64,000 nucleotides of DNA from Antedon mediterranea. Taxonomy: Eukaryota > Animalia > Echinodermata. The notes below the pieces were generated by a model, which searched no databases, was not told the origin of the DNA, and saw nothing but the letters and a program-made list of their open reading frames with translations. The stretch covers positions 20,535,237-20,599,236 of the forward strand of contig NC_092672.1 in assembly GCF_964355755.1 (NCBI RefSeq), read 5' to 3'. The position numbers and the translations under genes were made by a program. Position 1 is the first letter of the stretch, and every line of letters starts with the position of its first letter. Of this stretch, positions 14,901 to 28,000 are shown piece after piece.

Positions 14901-17900
14901 CATCCTCAGGTTTGGTGGAGGACATTAAAACTGCATTTCATTGTCATGTTTTCTTAGCTTTCAAAGCCTGTTCTTTAATATCAGTTCAAACTGGAGAACA
15001 ACAACCTGGTTGAATATTCTAGCACCCAGTCTCCTATTATTCAATGTTTTTAATGTCTTGATTTGTGGTTAAAAGAATATTTGATTACAGATACAGATAC
15101 AGATTTTAACTTTTATTGTCCAAATAAACTGGAAATTGCATTTGCTCACTTATCACATAAAAATATCGTATAAAAATATCGTATAAAAATAAAGTATAAA
15201 ATGTAGAAAAACAATATAAAAATACACAATGATTAAGATTGTACATCATAAAATTACAGTTCATAAATATTTAAGTTAAAAATAAAGATCATTACAAAAC
15301 GGTTTATATTTCATTATTAATTATATATTATATTATTGTTAATATTATTCATTATTAATAATATTATTATTATTGTTATTATCAAAATTATTAAAGTTAC
15401 CTCTTAAAGTCATCGTTAAATGTTTTAATCCCAGCTGGGAGAAACGAATTTGAGTATTGACCATCTTAATTTATTTTAAAGTCAGGTTTTTCAAAATGTA
15501 CCCAACTTTGTCAATAAATGATACAATATTGTGAAATAAGTAAATAATATTCTAATTTTAGCTATTTTATGTGAAAATCATTCAATTTGAGGCCTGCTAT
15601 GTCCTATTATTTTATAAACATTTGATCAATTTTAAATTTGAGTGCTAAATAAAACTTGTCTGCTAAATCTAAAACTTAGTTTTCTTCATCTTTCTGAGAT
15701 AAAACATTATTTGAATGCCTTTCTTATGAATTTGAGAGTAAAACAAAGGTAATTTCATTGCAAACCCTTGTTTATATCACCATGGTTAAGGACAGTTTTA
15801 AAGAAGACTCAATAGGCCAAATTTGTTTTTGTTACGTTTCAGGATTTTAATTTTTTATTTGAGAAATATACACAATGTTTTTAAAGATGGTCTTTATAGA
15901 GTTCAGTTGTGTTACGGTGTGCGTAGTAAATGCTTTATTTTTATTTTTTTTTATTACCATTAAAATATACAATGTAGCTAATAGATTAAAAAGTCATCCA
16001 TCTCCAAAATTTGATTATAAAGGAAATGTGAAATTAATTAACATTTTGTTTTCATTTATTTTATCTTTCATATGTTATTACTCTATGATTTATATATACT
16101 ACAGCTTTGTATCTCTCACTCAGTGTTCTGTCTTTTTTTTTAAATTCAAAAATGCCCTTTTGCAGCAATATCAAATGATCAAAACTAAATATAATTGTCA
16201 AAAATAATAATTATAATACAGTTAACCTTTCCGCCTACATCTGTAATTATTATTTACAAATGCGGGTAAAATAATAACGAAGTTTGTTTACACTTGATAT
16301 ACTTACTTTCTGCAATGTAAATAAGTTAAATTGAGATTTGCTATTCTCTTTAAAAAAAAACAAAAATATTCTTAGGCTAAATCATTCATAATTGATTTTA
16401 AATTAATTTTTAAATTAAGTGTATATGGTTATTATTAAAGTTATGATCATACTTTCCAATAATTTCTATTAAACAATTCTATAAGAGAAGGAGCACAATC
16501 TGTGCAATAGCTCTCTTTAACTTACCAGTATTTTCAGTTAATTCATTTCAATTATATCCTGCATCAATATCATTGCTAAATATTATACTACTATATAATT
16601 TGAATTCAAGCAAATTATGTAGTTAGACAGGGGTAATAATATCAGCTGCATTACATCAAATCAAGACATTTTAATACAATCACACTGCTAGAAACAATGG
16701 TCAATCCAATTAATTGTGGTCCCAATATGGAAAGGAATGGCAAAATGGAAAAGGAAAAATGGAAAAGGAATGGAATGGAAAAATGATGTGAGGTATATAG
16801 CTCTATGATAAATAAAATCACAAATAAGGGAACTACAAAAGGCATTAACCATATTGAATTTTATAACTTTAAAATCAGAGCATATGGGCAGTACTCACCC
16901 AAAGGTCTACCACACAATCCAATTTTCATATTTGTTGCTCATACCATCTGAATTAACATAGCAGCAATCAAATCCTTTAATTTAGAAACCTTCCTTTGAT
17001 ATCAACAAACTTATAAGCCAGTTTCAAGGTACCTACTTCTATTCTAGAGAATCGGCCTATAAAATTGCACATAATACTGAAGCGTCTGTGCAAACAGAAT
17101 CCTTAATGAGTTTGAGTCTTGTGTAGTCATTAGACATGTCACGAATGTTCAACACTGTAGATCATAATTGAAAATGTTCATCTGGTTTGTAGGTATAAAT
17201 ATCTTGAAAATATTCTTTTTTTCAGACCAATAATTAGTAAAAACTAACCTTGACAGTTTCGCTGTCCTGATCGGACAGCTTCTTCAGAAATAATGACGAT
17301 CTATCATCAAACAGACTGACCTCTAGAGGGCATATTCTGTTTAATGACAGGGTCATACACGTGACTGAGTTTGTGGGTGCCCTCGTCTCTGTTGATGATT
17401 TGGTTTCATAACAGGAAGGGGATACACAGCTGATAGGCATGGCTTAAGTACAAACTGTGTAAATGAATAGGTGTCATACTGGCTAATGAATAAATATCTA
17501 ATTTAGATACCGCTTAATACCGCTGAATTACCTCTTCGATAGCCTAAACCAGGGCGGGTTTCAAAAATAATTTATCTCCCTATTCTTCTCAGTGCAAATC
17601 AAATTCAATTCAACTTTAGCGTCTAAATGAGAGGGGTATACATAGCTATGATATGCCTATAGTTTAAGTATGTTGTAAAGTGTGTAAATGAATAGGTGTC
17701 ATATTGGTTGATAATTAAAATATCCAATTTTGATACTGCGGTTCCCCACCCTTCTTTCTCCTCTCACCATCCCAGCCACAATCAACAAACCTTAACTCCT
17801 TCCCTGGACAGTTCAAATGTAGTAACTTTCCCTAGTACTGTACAATTCCAATCATATAGGCTATTTCATTCGGCCAGTATTTCTGCTCCTCCTCCCTCCC

Positions 17901-19980
17901 AACACACCCCAGATACTGGGTGATGTGTTTAAGACGGTTCCAGTACAAATTATTTTAGCCATCGTTCACAACCCATAATCCCTCAGTGGCAGTTTTTAAA
18001 TGTAGTTTAAAACCTTCCTGGTACAATTGCGATCATTTTGATACCCCATATGTATGGTTACGTGAAGAAACAGAAATTTGTACAACGAACAAACATCGAA
18101 AGTGGGGAAAAGTGGGCCATTTTGACCACATTTTGGCCCCTAACTTGGATCCTCTATAGTGGATGATGTTCAAATGTAGTTTAGAACCTTCCCGGTATAA
18201 TTCCGGTCATTTTGATGCCCGATATGTAAGGTTACGTGCAGTAACAAACATTTGTATAACGAACAAACAGACAAACAAACTCTCTCACTTATAATATAGA
18301 TTTAGCATTTATTTCAAAATAATAAAATTTAATATTTTGCTCAATATTTATAGCAGCAGCTTCATATTTTTAAAAACTTGTTTCAATTATTAATTGATAA
18401 TATTAATTGATTTGCATTAATTGATTTTAATGATTAGAATTTATTACCGTATCGGAATTATCGAGTCGGGTCGGTGAACATCAGTCCAAAATACGCAGAT
18501 TTTTTTCCAAAATACGTCAAGTTGAGGGCGCTATACTAATCCAAGATACGCGAGTCTTTCCAAAATACGTCGACTTGAGGGCGCTATTCATTTTCCAAAA
18601 TACGTGAATTGTCCAAAATACGTCAAGTTGAGGGCGCTATAAATTATCCCAAATACATGAATTGTCCAAAATACGTCAAATTGAGGGCGCTATTTATTTC
18701 CAAAATACGCGATTTGTCCAAAATACGTCAATTTGCAATTTGGGACCGCTAGTAATTTTCCAAAATACGTCAACTTGAGGGCGGCAAACTTTTTTTCCAA
18801 AATACGAGAGCCTTTCCAAATGTATCATATTGAGAGTGTAAGGTAAAATTACAGTTTAATGTATTCAAAAAAAGTTTCTTGGAATAAAACAAACAAGTAC
18901 ATTTTAGTTATAAATGAAAGTATTAGAAGGCAGAATTTTTTGTAAATAAAATGTCATAGAGTAGCCAATTATTATTTTTCAATGTAATCATTTATTACTG
19001 AAAAACAACAAATATATGTGCCAACATCAGTCAATAGACAGTGCCTATAATATACGTTAATAATGTCTGAATGATGTACGATTGCATTGCCAGACGTAGC
19101 TAGTTTAAATGCGGCATAAACCGGCTACAAAACCAGCATGTACGTATATAGTATTTAAGTATAGTGATAGGTATGTGTTATATATTGGTGATCTACAAAA
19201 TCGATATTTTTCCCGAGCTCGACAGACCAACATCGCTTTCAATTTAATGTACAGTACTTATGGTCTAATAAGTTACCTAATCTGAAATCTAACATAATAA
19301 TTATTTCATATAATATATAATAATAAAAAGCATATGGTATTGTGATTAAAATAATAGCAATAATTAATTGGTTAGAAGAAGTAAAGGAGTTATTTAAATT
19401 GCGTATTTTGGAAAATGAATAGCGCTCTCAAGTTGACGTGTTTTGGAAAATTACAAGCGGTTCCAAATTGACGTATTTTGGACAAATTGCGTATTTTGGA
19501 AAATGACTAGCGCCTTCAACTTGACGTATTTTGGACAATTCGCGTATTTTGGAAAATGAATAGCGCCCCCAAGTCGACGTATTTTGGAAAGACTCGCGTA
19601 TTTTGGATTAGTATAGCGCCCTCAACTTGACGTATTTTGGAAAAAATTCTGCGTATTTTGGACTGAATTTCACCAACCCTATTGGAATTATCTTCATTGG
19701 AACTTCCCCCTGACGTTAATTGAAAATGCAAAAAAAATGTTATCCTATTGTTTCAATGTTAGTTACATGTGTTGTACCTACCGGTGGAAAAAATAGGCTA
19801 TGATCATATTTCTGTTTCCTATCATGTTTGGAGTGTCTTTTCCGGTGTACTAGAGGTGCAATTTATTATGAATTTCCGGCCATCTAGATGTGTCATTTAA
19901 CAAAATTTGCTTTAAATCCTGTTCCTGTTTAGTGTTTACCCAAGATGGAAAACCAATAGGATAATAATAATAATAATAAC

Positions 19981-20012
<32 letters not shown>

Positions 20013-21997
20013 GATTTTTATAGCGCACATACCACTCCAGAGTACTCAAGGCGCATTTGGGTATTATAGGGTATATAGATGCGCAAAGAAAAAATAATGC
20101 AAAAGTTTATTAATGCTTATACTGTACATTATACAAATGGAACATATTTTTGTTGAGTAGATAATATCAAAGAATATACTGTATATCACAAGAATGAGTA
20201 TTCCGCGATTTTCCCTGTAACAGTAATATTTTCCATGTGGTAGGGCGCCGCCATAAGTGAGGATGTATCTGGGATGTATACAACTTTTTGTGACGGTTTC
20301 ACTAATCAAAGGCTGAATCAAAGGCTGGACCACCGGTAGTGTTTTCATGATAAAAAAGGTTATCAACTACATGCCAACATCATGTTAAATGCTGTTTGAA
20401 TATTTAATTGTTCGTTTTATGCAATTTATTTAGTAAAAACTGCCGTATAAACAGTTCGCTTTATCAACCGGGCGCTATATTCTCACTGGTATATCAAAAT
20501 ATGGTAGTGATGATGATATACCTAAAATGTGAAAGCTCTTTTACAAGATATCAACTTATCTTTTGCATAATACATAATATTATTATGTGAATATTTTATT
20601 GTTGATACAAAAAATCCGAAGAAATTGCATTTCAGCGGGAGAGTAAGAGATGACACGAAATATCTTCTGCAGTCATTGGAAGAGTTAGGAAGACTGAAGT
20701 ATACATATTAATAATAGGATTATTTTGTTTTCAGTGCAATAATCACTACATTTAGGCCTACTGTATACATAGCACAATTATTAGAGTGGAAAATAACAAT
20801 ATTAAAACAACAATGCTATAAAACCATATAACGATTAGCAAACATAGAACTGATTTGTTTTACAATTTTCTATGTCATACATTACAAAACAAAGAGCAAA
20901 TTTTATTCACACACAAAAATAAGTACATTTGCTGTGTAAATTGGACATTAAGTGTAAATTTGGCATTTTTGGCCAACACGTTTTTTATTTAAAGAATTGT
21001 AATAATTAGGTGGCACTCAATATTTCATCGTTCACACCAGCAGTTGATTGAATGTAATTTTTAAATATTATCAAAGAATATATTTCACAAGAATGAGTAT
21101 TCCGCGATTTTTGCATGAGAAATTTGTAACAGAGAGCTCCAGAGCGTGATGCCCGCCCTCATAAGGGTGGATGTATACATACTAAATAAGACTTGATTTA
21201 ATAGATATTATACATGTCACATTAAATAGAATTATGATAATATATTTTGCAATTGTAAACTATTTTATATACATATTTATTAACAAACTAGTGTACATTC
21301 ACTTTCACAGACAATTATTTACTAACATGCTAAATTAGTTCACAAAAAAGGCCTAACACAGCAACACCAAAAATCAACGAATCGTTACTCAGCACTGCCA
21401 ATTCTTTACCATTGCCGCGTGTACTACTCTAAGCCCGGTAAATTAAGTATTGTTTTCATGATATAAATTAGTATAAAATACATGTTATTAATAGGATAAA
21501 ATGTTAAATTTATTAACATTTATTTGTTTTACCAGAAACAAGTTAAATATAGGAATATTAAATTATTAAACTATCCTTCTTGAAAACGCGTAAACACCAA
21601 CACGCCCGGTCACGCTATCGTAGCGCCCGGTTGATAAAGCGAACTGTTTATACAGCAGTTTTTACTAAATAAATTGCATAAAACGAACAATTAAATATTC
21701 AAACAGCATTTAACATGATGTTGGCATGTAGTTGATAACCTTTTTTATCATGAAAACACTACCGGTGGTCCAGCCTTTGATTAGTGAAACCGTCACAAAA
21801 AGTTGTATACATCCCAGATACATCCTCACTTATGGCGGTGCCCTACCACATGGACAATATTACTGTTACAGGGAAAATCGCGGAATACTCATTCTTGTGA
21901 TATATATTCATTCATTCATTCATCTTTTATTTCGGAAAAAAAAAAAATTCTCCATAGTTCAGTAACAAATTAGTGTACATTATTGCATATATAACAA

Positions 21998-22032
<35 letters not shown>

Positions 22033-25000
22033 GATATATATAAAAAAAACCTATGCTACATAGTCACGGTTAGAACAATAGATTCATCCATCTACTATGT
22101 AGATTGGATGAAGGAAAAGCAAATTCATGAATACATTTTATGATATTGTCTGACCTTCCTAACCTGCACAACATGCCAAACACCACCTTACGTTGTAGTT
22201 CGTAGAACGAGCAGATGTGGTTTTCTACAAACATGGTGCTGGCACTGCATGACCTAGGTTTATTAAGGAGCAGGCGTAAGGCATTGTTGAAGCACACCTT
22301 TAGTGCTTCCATAGATTTTACACTAAAATTTGCCCACAAAGAAGCACAGTATAAGTTACTACAATATGTTTTAAACAAAAAACACTTTATGTTTTTAGAG
22401 CATTTTGAGAAAGTCCTACATAGTGTATTAGCTCTAATGCACAATGACCTGTACTGTCGTTTGATATCCGTATCATCTTTCAAATCGGGTGTCAAAGTGT
22501 GACCCAAGTAATTAAAAACTCTAACAAAGTCAAGTTCCGACTCAAATAAGTCTGAGATAATAATATTCTTTGATATTATCTACTCAACAAAAATATGTTC
22601 CATTTGTATAATGTACAGTAAGCATTAATAAACTTTTGCATTATTTTTTCTTTGCGCATCTAAATACCCAATAAAGTATGAATACACATGTCGTTGATAA
22701 CCACAATAAAATAAAATATAGATAAATTGCCAGACATACTCTACACATTCTCCCGATTCTAAATTGGTACACATACAGGGCCCACAGGGTCTTTCTGTTT
22801 CACTACATGATACTGGTACTGCTATTTCTACAAAGCAATCTCACTGTTTTAATAAATTCCGAAACTTATTAAAAAGGTGAGATTCTATGGTGCTTTCTGT
22901 CTGCAAATAACTTTCTCAATTCCCATAATTCAGACAACAATGAATAAAATAAACATAAAGAAATATTTTTTAAAGACAGTTTTAATTATTGTTCTTTCTT
23001 CATTAAATGATATTTTCTAAATTGATATTCTATTTAATAATTTTAGAAATAAAGATTTATTATCAATTATTTTTGTTTAAAAATCAGTAGTAAACATTTT
23101 GTGTAACATAAATATAGGTTTAATTACTACAGACAATAGTGCTATGCATATTCTTTGTGGCATTACTCCCTAAGGTTGGAATGAGCCACTCATACCCCCA
23201 AACATTTCAGTGAACAAAAAATGTCTAATTTTCCATGAGCCTTCATCGTACAACAGCCGCCGACAAACGTACTCACTAATCAAACAATTCCTCATCTATA
23301 CACACCCCGTTCGGCAAAAATATTTGAACATTATTGATATATCTGATACTATTATACTCGGCCTCTACGTTGAAAGCTGCATAGATATCTCATAGACTCT
23401 CTGTGTACATACCCAGTTTGAGTTTACAAATTACCATTTAGACTTTATTCCCAGACTTGCTTTGAAGTATCCACATGCCCAGTCCATGGAGGTAAAAAAT
23501 AAGTTTTTTTACCTCCATTCCCTCTCCATGTTTCCAAATACACATTTTTCAGCCTAAGTAAACTTGAAACATTTTTTCCCCATGGTAAATGTTTCCCAAT
23601 ACTTTCGTCCTCTTGAATACAACTGCCTAAAGGTGTGGCGCGAAAATTATTGTTTACTTTTTGAAAATTAACTTTTTTCATTTATTTTATTTACTGAAGT
23701 ATAAATAATGATGATGGGATAAGCATATAATTATGGAACATACAGCACTTTATTTGTTTATTGGTATACTCCTGGTGAGCATGGTCTACTATGAAAGTTT
23801 TAGCCTCAGTGAATATTATTCACATCCTATACACAATGTATATCATTCCACTGTTTGTCTTCAGTGTTCAAAATAATATTAATATTTATTAGCTTGTTAT
23901 AAAATCATTAGTTGTAAGATTTATATACAGTAGATACTTTTTAGTTCAATCTGTTTTAAATGTCTGAATATATACATGTGAATAAATAATGTTTATTTCT
24001 TTGTTATAATTATTCTATAATGATTTATTTCAAGTGATTTTTTTTTATATCTTTGAATTAAAAAGAATAACAATTTTTATGAATTCGTTTTAATGTAAAT
24101 TTTATTAATTTTTTGTAAGTCAATTCAATAAGTATATAATATAACAGAAATAATAAAGATCTTAAAATCTATTAAACTGTATAAATGTTAAGTTTGCATT
24201 TCTTATGTACTGTATTGATTTTCAGATTCAGTATTTTTCACATTGATATGATTTGTTAGGTTCTTGATATTCTGGCATCCGCCAAACCTTTACCCATTTT
24301 AATTCTCTGACAGGCTTGAGCTATCCAGAGAGGTATACAAATGGTCATGGTGTTTCTAAAAACTGTCCATTTGATCTAACAACTTTAAAAAATGAAATAA
24401 ATATGGTTCAAAAAGATGTGTACAATTAAATTGTCCATCTTTTTTTTTATCAGATTAAACTCAAGATTAACATTGTTACAATCAATATTTAGACTAATAT
24501 GCTACACTTACAAGAACTTGCTAAACTCAACCACCACACCATAGAGCAATGAACTATTTCTTTGCTCTATCATCACATAGGATAATTAACATTTAAATGA
24601 AGTTACTTAAACATGCCCCTGAAAGTAAAAGTTTGTATGCCAAACCTTCAATAATTTAATATTTAAAAAAATTTATATAAATAAAACTAAAATGTGATTG
24701 ATAATTTAAATACCAGCAACAACATTTTGACATTAAAATTGAAATAATACAAAATTGTATAAAAGTATATAACATAATTATCATATTAATAAAAAATTGT
24801 ATACAAAAGTAGAAATCAAATTCAGAAAACTAATTTGACTTGGTTCATTGCGTATGATGATGCAGTAAATAGTTGCAAATTGATTTTTGTAAAGTAACCC
24901 TCTGTATAAATTACATACCAAATGAATATGTGCAACTGTAAGATATAACCAATATTGTATGTATTTCATATTATAGGATGGTTGGACAGCTTTGCATTAT

Positions 25001-28000
25001 GCAGCAGCTAATGGACACACTGCCTGTTGCAGCCTGCTGGTGAATAAAGGAGCAGTTGTCAATCTATCAGACAATGTAAGTCATCTTCATTATTATTCAT
25101 TTTCATTTTTAAATATATAACATTTTATTTTTTAATTATAATGGTCTTTTGGGTAATAATATTTAATGTATAAAACTTCATTGATGCTGAAATTGGCATA
25201 ATTTGAAGATATTCAATATATTTTTTTTTCTCTGATATTTAATCATAAAAATTGCTATGACACTACATTAACATTTTGTCATGTATTTCCATTGAACAAT
25301 TAAAACAATGAAAATGATAGTGTCAATTTTACTTAACTAAACTACAGCAACATGCTATATGCACAATTGCAATATATAATCCTTATTCCAGTGTTGATAT
25401 ACAGTAATTTAAACAGTATTATGAACACTACAACTTCACAAAATTTCAATTTTTCTTTAGATCATTATGATTTTGTATATCTTAAAAGTTCATTTTTTAA
25501 CAATATTTTTTAATAACTTTTGAAACACTATGATTCTACCTGTATATCACATAGAGGTACAAATGATCAAAGATGCTAGTTGATAGACATATAGACTGTA
25601 TTCATTTACTTTATAATTATCATCATACTAATTTGCCATACTCTCCTTTATTCCTTTCAACAACATCACCACCAACTCCAACCACCTACTGGTTTTAGTC
25701 ACCAAGGATGATGATGCAGAATTTGGTTGAGTGCTAAAGTGATCTTTTATTACACACCCACATAGTTCTTTTTTATTAGGTTGTAATTAAATATTTTTTC
25801 CATACAATATAAGATACAGATAGTATATCTGCCATTTATCTTTTATCTATCTTTATTTATTCTTTCTTTATACTCAGAATAACTTTTTTAAAGTGACACA
25901 TCTAAAAACAACAATAAAACTGAAATAGTGGTACAAATATAATTTGTTTGTTTACCGTACCTAGGTTTTAACAAATCACCTTACATAATAATTACAGTAT
26001 CAAACCACCATTACAATGTCATATAAAATTTGTAAAAATAAACAAATCATCATTAGCATAACTAGGTGCAATATTTTTAGTCTATTGAAAAAAATGTTTC
26101 TTTCTTAAACATTTATTTAAATATACATACACGTCACATAGTAAATTATAGTTAACAAAAAATAGTGACATTGTTTAACACTAAATAACTAAGAAACACA
26201 AGAAACCTGAACTAGACTTAAATGTTCATACAAACATGTAACAAGTTCAGAGTGTATCCAACATTTAACATTATGAAATATTTTAGACCACTGACAATGA
26301 TGATCACCAGTGCTTTGCAAAGTCTGCAGTTTCTGTAATTATTCATTCATATTTATCTCCATCATCCAACATTATCAAACAAAACTGTTTTGAGGATAAG
26401 CATAGCTATATGTAAGGTTCAACTTTAATAATTTTACAAAGTTTTACACACAACACAAATAAGTAAAGCTTTCCCAGTTTATTCAAAGTACAGTATACAT
26501 TTAACAATACATAATATTTATTTCTACTGATACTGTACAAGCAATGCTAAATACTACTAAAGCTTAATAATAAACTACATTTGGCCTCTTGGGGGCTACC
26601 ACTCATATGACATCGCTGCATTAAAGGTCCAGTGTGTTGTCACAGGAGCCAGTAAATCAAATGGTTGTTATTAAGTATATCTGAAGGATGTAAGTGACAT
26701 CCGTTAGGTAAATTGTGGAATTTGGGGGCAAAATAATTCCCCAGAATTATACCAGCCAAATGAGCGAATAGCATGAGTAACATATGAGTTAGCACCTGTG
26801 TTGAAGTTAGGTGTTGGATGATGCCGGGGGATGGCTGGGTGGGAAGATTGAAAAGTTTGTACAACTATTAAACGGCTAATTTAACAATGAAGTGTGCTAT
26901 TATGCATCTTAGTAAACAACTAAAATACCCATTGGTTGCCAATTAGAAATTAGCCTATCCTACATTTTGTGGTTCCACTATTAGATATACCCGTTGGTCT
27001 ATAGAAATACATTGTCAATTACTGTGGTTGGAACTTTAATTACCTGTAGAAACAATATACCATTCATCCTAACACTTCTGCAACTCTGAAATCTACCCAC
27101 ATTATATACCACATCCTTAGTTAAAAGAAAGTACAGTACAGATAATATATACTGCAACATCTCTACGCGTAAATTATGTTTAGGACGCGTAGAGAGTTCG
27201 TAGGATTTGCGTAGAGCTCTACGCGTAGGCTACGTGCCACGTTCCTCCTACGCGTAATCTACGAACATTACTTTGGATCATCGATCGTGTCACCGCCGCC
27301 GCCGCCGGCGGCGCAGCCTGGCTGCTGCTGCTGCTCACACGGCGATGGTGTGGTGAGGCCGGTGGGAGCACTCAAACAAGTTTATAGTGTAGGGCCTGAC
27401 TCCCGAGTCTGATCTGGTATATTATGCAATTAAAATCGAACGTATTTATTTGATCTATCTACATACTATAAAAACGAGGCCTACTAGCCTACTACTCTAG
27501 GCCTAGCTAGGCCTAGGTACTACTAGAAAGTAGGCTAGGCTACTACGACGGCCTAACTAATAATTAATACAGCCTCTATTATTATTATTATTTATAATTA
27601 GGCATCCGTTGTGTGTGATATGACAGACATGAACGAAGTCTAATATTAAATTATACGTTTAGGGCCTAGAGACCGCTCTGACAACATCGTTTTTTCCTTT
27701 TCATTATAAAACCATTATTCCTTTTAATAATTAATGAACATTCATAATAAATATAATAACATTACATTATCTTGGGTCATTTATTTTACTAGATAGGGCC
27801 CGAGGTCTCGCTCGATGATGATCTCGGCGGTCGTCCTATATTTTCACGCGTTTTCAATATGGTGCGACAATTGTGCATTATTGAACAAGGATAAAATTGT
27901 TTCGAATTTTTATATTCGAGGGCCGGAAGGAAGCGTTTATTTTTTGTGTACATGTATAATCAAATAAACACCCTTAGATAATTATGAAAAAATACAACAC

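Noticed and set aside
15875-16207. 110-aa hydrophobic ORF
   Set aside because: AT-rich intron duplicate; the paralogous copy near 10.5-10.8 kb does not keep the frame.
18449-19692. tat(c/t)ggaattatc as TSD of the foldback element
   Set aside because: The left copy is separated from the TIR by 5 bp and is imperfect, so it is not accepted as a TSD.
20064-21965. Twin ORFs MITFFIMKTLP... on opposite strands
   Set aside because: By-product of the long terminal inverted repeats; no protein motif.
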